Positions 7,429-13,494 of a stretch of 13,494 nt of DNA are shown here, one piece after another. Position 1 is the stretch's first letter, and the number at the start of each line of letters is the position of its first letter. The notes under the pieces were generated by a model, which searched no databases, was not told the DNA's origin, and saw only the letters and a program-made list of their open reading frames with translations. The stretch spans positions 1 to 13,494 of the forward strand of contig JAZDLW010000003.1 in NCBI GenBank assembly GCA_043801595.1, in the 5' to 3' direction. A program made the position numbers and the translations under genes. The DNA comes from Candidatus Aenigmatarchaeota archaeon (lineage in GTDB: Archaea; Aenigmatarchaeota; Aenigmatarchaeia; JACPZZ01).

Positions 7429-8529
7429 TTGTTGGCGGCAAATTACAAAAATGCGAAGCCGGATACACAAGCCTTTCTTGTTCTTTCAAATGGAATGGTT
7501 TTTCGAGGCGACGGCTTTGGAGCTAAAAAGACTTCAACAGGCGAGGTAGTTTTCAACACAGGAATGGTCGGGTATTGCGAATCCATAACAGATCCCAGCT
7601 ACAAAGGCCAGATACTTTGCCAGACTTATCCGATGATCGGAAACTACGGCGTAGACCCAGACAGCTTTGAGTCTGATAAACCGAAAATTGAAGGTTACCT
7701 GATACACGAGCTCTGTGAATCGCCTTCGCACAGGACATCTGTTTGCAGCCTGAATGAATGGCTGTCGCGCGAGGGCATACCCGGAATAACGGGCATAGAC
7801 ACGCGCACACTTACGAAAACCTTGCGCATTCATGGAGTTATGTTAGGCGTTATTTCGAATGACGGAACGGACCCTGAAAAGTTAAAAGAAATTGCGAAAA
7901 ACATGCCTAATCCGAATGAAATTGATCTTGTCAGCGAAGTCACAACCAAAGAACCGAAAGAGTACAACACGAATGGGAAAATGAGAGTTGTTATTCTGGA
8001 TTGCGGGGCAAAAGAAAATATCATACGCAGCCTTGTTGCAAGGGATGTTCACGTCATACGCGTCCCGGCAAACTTCAATGCGGACAAGATAATGAGCTAT
8101 AATCCGGACGGTATCCTAATTTCAAACGGGCCGGGTGACCCGAAAAAAGTTGATTATGCGATTGAAACAACAAAAAATCTCATCGAGTATAAAATTCCGA
8201 TTTTCGGAATCTGCTTAGGCGTACAACTTCTTGCTTTGGCGTTGGGCGGGAACACTTACAAGCTTAAGTTCGGCCATCGCGGACAGAATCACCCTGTTAT
8301 AGATGCGAACAATCGCTGTTACATTACAAGCCAGAACCACGGCTTTGCGGTCGATGTCAAAAATTGCGAAGACGTCAAGGTTACTATGACACACGGTAAT
8401 GACAAATCAATAGAAGGGGTAGCGCACACCAGACTTCCTGTGTTTGGCGTGCAGTTCCATCCCGAGGCTGCGCCCGGGCCTGTCGATACTGGTTTTTTAT
8501 TTGACAAATTCGTCAGGATGGCAAGATAA
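7429..8529 (+). CDS. carA: Carbamoyl-phosphate synthase small (glutaminase) subunit
   Basis: GEVVFNTGMVGY..SITDPSYKGQ, SNGPGDP, catalytic Cys in GICLG, KFGHRGQNHP, SQNHGF, QFHPE. TTG start (7429 or 7432) with SD. Confidence 0.97.
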   Translation: MLAANYKNAKPDTQAFLVLSNGMVFRGDGFGAKKTSTGEVVFNTGMVGYCESITDPSYKGQILCQTYPMIGNYGVDPDSFESDKPKIEGYLIHELCESPSHRTSVCSLNEWLSREGIPGITGIDTRTLTKTLRIHGVMLGVISNDGTDPEKLKEIAKNMPNPNEIDLVSEVTTKEPKEYNTNGKMRVVILDCGAKENIIRSLVARDVHVIRVPANFNADKIMSYNPDGILISNGPGDPKKVDYAIETTKNLIEYKIPIFGICLGVQLLALALGGNTYKLKFGHRGQNHPVIDANNRCYITSQNHGFAVDVKNCEDVKVTMTHGNDKSIEGVAHTRLPVFGVQFHPEAAPGPVDTGFLFDKFVRMAR

Positions 8530-11500
8530 TGCCAAAGTTTGAGTGGATAAAAAAAGTTTTGATCATCGGTTCTGGTGGAATTCGAATAGGCCAGGCTGCC
8601 GAATTCGACTACTCCGGCTCGCAGGCGCTGAAAGCGCTGAGGGAGGAAGGGATAAAGACGGTTTTGATAAACCCGAACATAGCGACAATACAAACATCGA
8701 AAGAAATGGCGGATAAAATATATTTGGAGCCTATAACGCCCGAGTTCGTCGAAAAAGTGATAGCCAAAGAAAAGCCCGACGGCATTATGCTAAGTTTCGG
8801 CGGCCAGACATCTTTGAATATCGGAGTTAAGCTGGCAAGATTAGGCGTCCTGCAAAAGTACAACGTAAAAATTCTGGGAACGCCCATCGAAGCGATAGAA
8901 AAGGCCGAGGACAGGGCGCTGTTCAAAGAAGCGATGAAAGATTCCGATGTCCGGATTCCAACAAGCTATGTGACATATTCTATGGAAGACGCTGAAAGAA
9001 TGGTTGATAAGACGATCTATCCTGTAATTGTAAGGACAGGTTTTATGCTGGGCGGCGGCGGTTCGGGCGTCGCGAAGAACAGGACCGAACTGATAAACAT
9101 AGTTAAAAAAGCGCTGGGCTGGACAGTGAACTCGCAGGTTCTCATCGAAGAGTATTTGGCCCACTGGAAGGAAATTGAGTACGAGATTGTGCGGGACATG
9201 AATGATAATACTGTGATAATCTGCGCGATGGAAGGGTTTGACCCTCTGGGAATACACACAGGCGAAAAGATTGTCGTCGCGCCAACACAAACACTGACCA
9301 ACAAGGAGTATCACATGATGAGGGAAGCTGCCATACGTATAGTAAAGACGGTAAACATAATCGGCGAGTGTAACATACAATTCGCGCTGGATCCGAAAAG
9401 CGAGAGGTTCGTTGCGATAGAGATGAACCCCCGCATGTCTCGTTCTTCCGCGCTTGCGTCAAAAGCCACAGGTTATCCGCTGGCGTACATTGCAGCTAAA
9501 CTTGCAATAGGTTACACATTACCAGAATTAAAAAACAACGTGACCGGCATAACCATAGCGGATTTTGAGCCTGCGTTGGATTATGCGGTTGTGAAAATAC
9601 CCAAATGGGACTTCCAGAAATTTCCGGGCGTGAACAGAGACATAGGCTCGCAGATGAAATCTGTAGGCGAGGTAATGGCAATAGGAAGATGTTTTGAAGA
9701 GGCGCTGCAAAAGGCTTTGCGCTGTCTGGATCTGGATTTGCTGAATGCGGAAGAAGAAACCGGTATGGCGACGCTGCGATTCGCGTTATCGAATCCAACG
9801 GACAAACGCATTTTCCGGATAGTTGATGCGCTAAGGCAGGGGATGAATGTGGGAGAGATCCATGATTTGACAGGCATAGACAAATGGTTCCTTTGCAAGA
9901 TAAAAAATATTCTGGACATGGAAAATGCGTTAAAGGAACAGGGTCTGAACAAAAAAATTCTCGCCGAAGCCAAGAAGCTTGGTTTCAGCGACGAACAGAT
10001 CGGTAAAATCTCAGGAAAGGGCGGAATGGAAATAAGAAGGCTGAGAAAAGAACTGGGCATTACACCGAGCATAAAACAAATAGACACTCTGGCTGCGGAA
10101 TGGCCGGCCCAGACAAATTATTTGTACGTTACTTATGGCGGTTACGAGAACGACGACACAGGCAAATCCGGCAAAGAAAAGGTGCTGGTAATCGGGTCCG
10201 GGCCTATCAGGATAGGGTCGTCTGTTGAATTTGACTGGTGCACCATGAACTGCGTATGGGCTTTGAGATCAAAAGGCTATGAGGCCATAGTTCTTAACTG
10301 TAATCCTGAAACTGTATCGACGGATTACGACATGTCCGATAAGCTCTATTTTGAAGAAATCACGCTTGAAAGGGTAATGGACATCATTGAACATGAAACT
10401 AAAAGCGGAAATTTCAAAGGCGTTGTCGTGTCTGTTGGCGGACAAACGCCAAACAATCTTGCTAAAAAACTGGCAGAGTTGAATATCAATATCCTTGGCA
10501 CTTCAGCGGAATCCATAGACATAGCTGAAGACAGGTCCAAATTTTCAAAGCTATTGGACGAGCTTGGGATAAAACAGCCTTTGTGGCTAAGTCTGAATTC
10601 GATGGACGAGATCAAGGAATCCATGAAAGGCGTGGAGTACCCTGTTATTGTAAGGCCTTCCTATGTGCTGAGTGGCGCAGCGATGCGCGTTGCGTACAAT
10701 GAGGTTGAGTTAAAAGATTGTGTAAAAACAGCTGCCAAGATATCTGCAGAATATCCGGTTGTTGTTTCCAAGTTCATAGAAAACGCAAGAGAAGTCGAAG
10801 TCGACGCTGTGTCCGATGGCAATAATGTCCTGGTAGGCTCCATAATAGAACACATAGAGCAGGCCGGTGTACATTCGGGCGACGCCGTAATGGTGATACC
10901 GCCGCAATCGATAAGCAAACAAGCCCAGGAGAAGATTGTCGACTATACTAAAAAGATAGCCCTTTCCCTGAAAATAAAGGGTCCGTTCAACATGCAGTAT
11001 ATCACAATAGATGGCACAGAGCCTGATGTGTTTGTCATTGAATGCAACCTGCGCGCCTCGAGATCTATGCCTTTTGTATCCAAGGCGACGAATGAAAATC
11101 TGATCACGATTGCGACAAACTGCATGCTGGGAGAGAAATTGAAAATCGATAGCATGCTGGACGCCAAGATATGCGTGAAATCTCCAATGTTCTCTTTCAT
11201 ACGGTTGTCTGGTTCGGATCCTTTACTAGGCGTGGAGATGCTGTCCACAGGAGAGGTTGCCTGCCTCGGCGACACGTTCCAGGAGGCACTGGTAAAATCT
11301 TTTTTGGCAACCGAAATTCCTTTGCCCAGCCATGGAAACGTGCTGCTTTCTCTCTCGCGAGACCTCCAGCCAAAACTTTTGGATACGGCAAATAACCTAA
11401 GGGCTTTAGGCTATGCCATATTCACAACCGAAGGAAATGCAGAGCGTTTGGCGAACAGCGGGTTCAAGGAGTTTGTTGTGCTTAAAAAAATAGGCAAAGG

Positions 11501-11738
11501 TTATCCTAACGTCCTGGATTTCATCCAGGAAGGCAAGATAAACTTGGTTATAACCGTGCCAGGCACATCAAAACAGAGTATCGAGGACGAGAGAACCATG
11601 CGCGTCGCGGCCACAGAACTGCAAATACCAGTATTCACGCAATTTGAAACAGTCGAGGTTCTGATACGCTCCTTGTTGGCAAATAATTCCAAAGGTTACG
11701 AAGCAAAAAGCTTGGACGATTACTTTTCAAGAGGCTGA
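8529..11738 (+). CDS. carB: Carbamoyl-phosphate synthase large subunit
   Basis: IGQAAEFDYSG, EMNPRMSRSSALASKATGYP, MKSVGEVM, second ATP-grasp half with RPSYVLSG and GVHSGD, C-terminal MGS-like domain. TAATG overlap with carA. Confidence 0.98.
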   Translation: MPKFEWIKKVLIIGSGGIRIGQAAEFDYSGSQALKALREEGIKTVLINPNIATIQTSKEMADKIYLEPITPEFVEKVIAKEKPDGIMLSFGGQTSLNIGVKLARLGVLQKYNVKILGTPIEAIEKAEDRALFKEAMKDSDVRIPTSYVTYSMEDAERMVDKTIYPVIVRTGFMLGGGGSGVAKNRTELINIVKKALGWTVNSQVLIEEYLAHWKEIEYEIVRDMNDNTVIICAMEGFDPLGIHTGEKIVVAPTQTLTNKEYHMMREAAIRIVKTVNIIGECNIQFALDPKSERFVAIEMNPRMSRSSALASKATGYPLAYIAAKLAIGYTLPELKNNVTGITIADFEPALDYAVVKIPKWDFQKFPGVNRDIGSQMKSVGEVMAIGRCFEEALQKALRCLDLDLLNAEEETGMATLRFALSNPTDKRIFRIVDALRQGMNVGEIHDLTGIDKWFLCKIKNILDMENALKEQGLNKKILAEAKKLGFSDEQIGKISGKGGMEIRRLRKELGITPSIKQIDTLAAEWPAQTNYLYVTYGGYENDDTGKSGKEKVLVIGSGPIRIGSSVEFDWCTMNCVWALRSKGYEAIVLNCNPETVSTDYDMSDKLYFEEITLERVMDIIEHETKSGNFKGVVVSVGGQTPNNLAKKLAELNINILGTSAESIDIAEDRSKFSKLLDELGIKQPLWLSLNSMDEIKESMKGVEYPVIVRPSYVLSGAAMRVAYNEVELKDCVKTAAKISAEYPVVVSKFIENAREVEVDAVSDGNNVLVGSIIEHIEQAGVHSGDAVMVIPPQSISKQAQEKIVDYTKKIALSLKIKGPFNMQYITIDGTEPDVFVIECNLRASRSMPFVSKATNENLITIATNCMLGEKLKIDSMLDAKICVKSPMFSFIRLSGSDPLLGVEMLSTGEVACLGDTFQEALVKSFLATEIPLPSHGNVLLSLSRDLQPKLLDTANNLRALGYAIFTTEGNAERLANSGFKEFVVLKKIGKGYPNVLDFIQEGKINLVITVPGTSKQSIEDERTMRVAATELQIPVFTQFETVEVLIRSLLANNSKGYEAKSLDDYFSRG

Positions 11739-11772
11739 AAAACGTATATATATCAGAAAAATAAAATAAAAG

Positions 11773-12110
11773 TACCTTTTTAGAAAAAGGTATAGTAACT
11801 ATTGTCAAAACTTCTGGACAAAGTTTTGATTGTGATCAAATCTGTCTGGACAACAGATTATGATTCGATTCGTTTGGACTGCTCTAAATTTTCAGACTTG
11901 TTAATGCACTACTTTCCAACAGTGATTAGAAAACCATTGGTTTTCTAATTGAGAAAACAACTTGTTTTCTCAATGGAAGCACTGGTGAAAAATTCTTTCT
12001 AGAGAAAGATGGTGAAGCTTAAATAAAAACTTTTGGGTCTGGAAAAATATATTTTTGACCCTATTGAAGCGAACAACGTTCGCTTCATACAAGCTTTTAG
12101 AAAAAGCTTG
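11773..12110. repeat. Cluster of inverted repeats in the carB-ftsZ spacer
   Basis: Perfect IRs at 11773-11792, 11805-11829, 11839-11859, 11925-11949, 11948-11974, 11994-12009, 12043-12056, 12065-12087 and 12090-12110. Confidence 0.9.
12014..12026 (+). promoter_or_regulatory. Putative ftsZ promoter (GAAGC + TTAAATA)
   Basis: BRE/TATA-like AAGCTTAAAT, the same 10-mer seen upstream of carA. Confidence 0.4.
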
Positions 12111-12131
12111 AGCAAAATGGGGGTGCGGAAT

Positions 12132-13256
12132 TTGAGTAGTTTACTCCAGTCCGCTTTTGAAAAAGCGTACGGATATAGTAACGAGCCCAGTGTGGCAGAG
12201 AAATTCGACATGAAGAGTTTGGATGAAAAAATAGCCAGCGAATTTGGCATTGAAGTCAAGAAAGCAAAGATCATGGTCTTCGGTTGCGGTGGCGGTGGTT
12301 GCAATACTATCAGCCGTCTCACAGAGATGGGGATAGAGGGCGCATCCACGGTTGCCGTGAATACAGACGCAAAGGCTTTGGCAATGACAAAGGCTGACAA
12401 GAAAATCCTGCTAGGCAAGGAAATTACCAGAGGATTGGGAGCAGGCGGTTATCCGGAGATAGGGCGCAAGTCGGCTGAAGAGAGTCGTCAGCAGATAAGA
12501 GAATCCATCCAGGGCTGTGACATGCTTTTCGTGGTTGCGGGAATGGGAGGCGGGACAGGAACAGGTGCTGTGCCGGTCGTTGCGCAAATTGCCAAGGAAG
12601 CCGGATCAATGGTAATCGGGACAGTGACGATGCCGTTCAAGATCGAAGGCGCGCGCATTGTTAAAGCCGAAGACGGCTTAAGCAGGCTGAGAGAGAACTG
12701 CGACAGCGTAATAGTAATAGAAAATGACAAGCTGCTAGAGTTTGCAGGAGACCTGCCGATCAACCAGGCGTTCGCGCTTGCGGACGAGCTTGTTGCGACA
12801 ATGATCAAAGGAATATCCGAGACAATATCGCAACCTTCGTTGGTTAACCTCGACTATGCCGATATAAAGGCAGTAATGCACACAGGCGGAGTTGCTGCGA
12901 TCGGCTTTGCCGAATCTTCGACATCGAATCGCGCGGAAGATGCGATAACAAAGGCGTTATCAAACCCGTTGATCGAGGTTGATTATCAGGGCGCCAGCGG
13001 AGCGTTGGTCCACATAACCGGAGGACCCGACCTTAAGCTGGACGAAGTCAATACGATCGGCGAGTTTGTATCGAAACAACTCGATCCATCGGCCCAGGTA
13101 ATCTGGGGCGCACGCATTGTGCCAAACTTCGGGAACAAGGTTCAGGTGATAACCATTGTTACGGGAGTAAAAAGTCCGTACATACTTGGACACACAACCG
13201 AGAACCTCACAAAGACCGAGACGTCGTCGGAGCTGGGAATCGAAATACTCAGGTAA
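12132..13256 (+). CDS. ftsZ: Cell division protein FtsZ (archaeal FtsZ2-like)
   Basis: GCGGGGCN, NTD, GLGAGG.PE.G, tubulin signature GMGGGTGTG, T7 loop NLDYAD, and GALVHITGGPDL typical of the FtsZ2 branch. Start placed at TTG 12132, 6 nt after SD GGGGTG; ATG 12117 is the alternative. Confidence 0.96.
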   Translation: MSSLLQSAFEKAYGYSNEPSVAEKFDMKSLDEKIASEFGIEVKKAKIMVFGCGGGGCNTISRLTEMGIEGASTVAVNTDAKALAMTKADKKILLGKEITRGLGAGGYPEIGRKSAEESRQQIRESIQGCDMLFVVAGMGGGTGTGAVPVVAQIAKEAGSMVIGTVTMPFKIEGARIVKAEDGLSRLRENCDSVIVIENDKLLEFAGDLPINQAFALADELVATMIKGISETISQPSLVNLDYADIKAVMHTGGVAAIGFAESSTSNRAEDAITKALSNPLIEVDYQGASGALVHITGGPDLKLDEVNTIGEFVSKQLDPSAQVIWGARIVPNFGNKVQVITIVTGVKSPYILGHTTENLTKTETSSELGIEILR

Positions 13257-13290
13257 AACCAGGGAAAATTTAGCTAACCCAAAAAATTTG

Positions 13291-13339
13291 GACGGCCGGA
13301 CAGTTGTAAATACCATCCGGCCGTCATCCTTATTTTTTT
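13291..13339 (+). terminator. GC-rich hairpin plus T-tract between convergent genes
   Basis: GACGGCCGGA (13291-13300) / TCCGGCCGTC (13316-13325) perfect 10-bp IR, followed by a T-rich run. Confidence 0.55.
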
Positions 13340-13360
13340 AGTTGCCGGACATATGCGGTG

Positions 13361-13494
13361 CTATAAACAATCCATTGTCATCTCAGCAACATTGCTTCTT
13401 GTCCCTATGCGCACAGTGTATTTTCCGCTGGCGAACACGGGATAATTCCTTATCAGCTGCATCCCTTGGTTCGGGCCAATCGTGAAATTTCCCG
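13361..13494 (-). CDS. 3' end of a convergent gene, possibly a beta-rich surface/pilin-like domain (partial)
   Basis: Open frame from 13492 to TAG at 13361-13363: GNFTIGPNQGMQLIRNYPVFASGKYTVRIGTRSNVAEMTMDCL*. The G.Y.V.I.T pattern suggests beta strands; product call is weak. Confidence 0.5.
   Translation of the reverse strand, partial: GNFTIGPNQGMQLIRNYPVFASGKYTVRIGTRSNVAEMTMDCL

Noticed and set aside
8203..8226. CarA GICLGVQ instead of the usual GICLGHQ
   Set aside because: Catalytic Cys and the HPE motif are intact, and this position varies among class I glutamine amidotransferases.
11800..11990. Replication origin with ORB-like boxes (e.g. minus-strand TTCCATTGAGAAAAC)
   Set aside because: Only loose resemblance to ORB consensus, no G-string and no cdc6/orc1 in the window; kept only as an alternative hypothesis.
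12033..12131. N-terminal extension of FtsZ in the ORF track (407 aa)
   Set aside because: Runs through hairpins and the predicted TSS and lacks an SD; the SD-supported TTG at 12132 gives a more typical length.
190..13316. Many 60-180 aa antisense or alternate-frame ORFs within the main genes
   Set aside because: They overlap well-supported genes and show no recognisable motifs; typical shadow ORFs.

Overview
Archaeal chromosomal segment (TATA/BRE-type promoters, GGTG-type Shine-Dalgarno motifs, archaeal-type topoisomerase IA, FtsZ2-like protein; a DPANN-like lineage is plausible but cannot be shown from this window). The left ~1.2 kb is visibly AT-rich, looks like the end of an accessory/defence island and carries a stand-alone DUF262 (GmrSD-N/ParB-like) gene. 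It is followed by three TTTAGCAACA repeats, a C11 tract, a TATA promoter with 10-bp phased repeats and a ~230-nt + strand region folding into several G-U-containing hairpins (candidate unnamed ncRNA). Next come minus-strand genes (HD hydrolase, EamA transporter, HAD phosphatase, topA, Zn-finger protein, NAD-dependent epimerase), then carA-carB, a ~390-bp spacer packed with palindromes, ftsZ, a terminator-like hairpin and the 3' end of a convergent gene. Most notable: the repeat/promoter/structured-RNA unit at the island edge, a CarB whose potassium-binding loop has Asn->Gly and Ser->Lys changes (possible K+-independent site), and paired palindromes upstream of ftsZ. All calls come from reading the sequence; no searches or folding programs were run.
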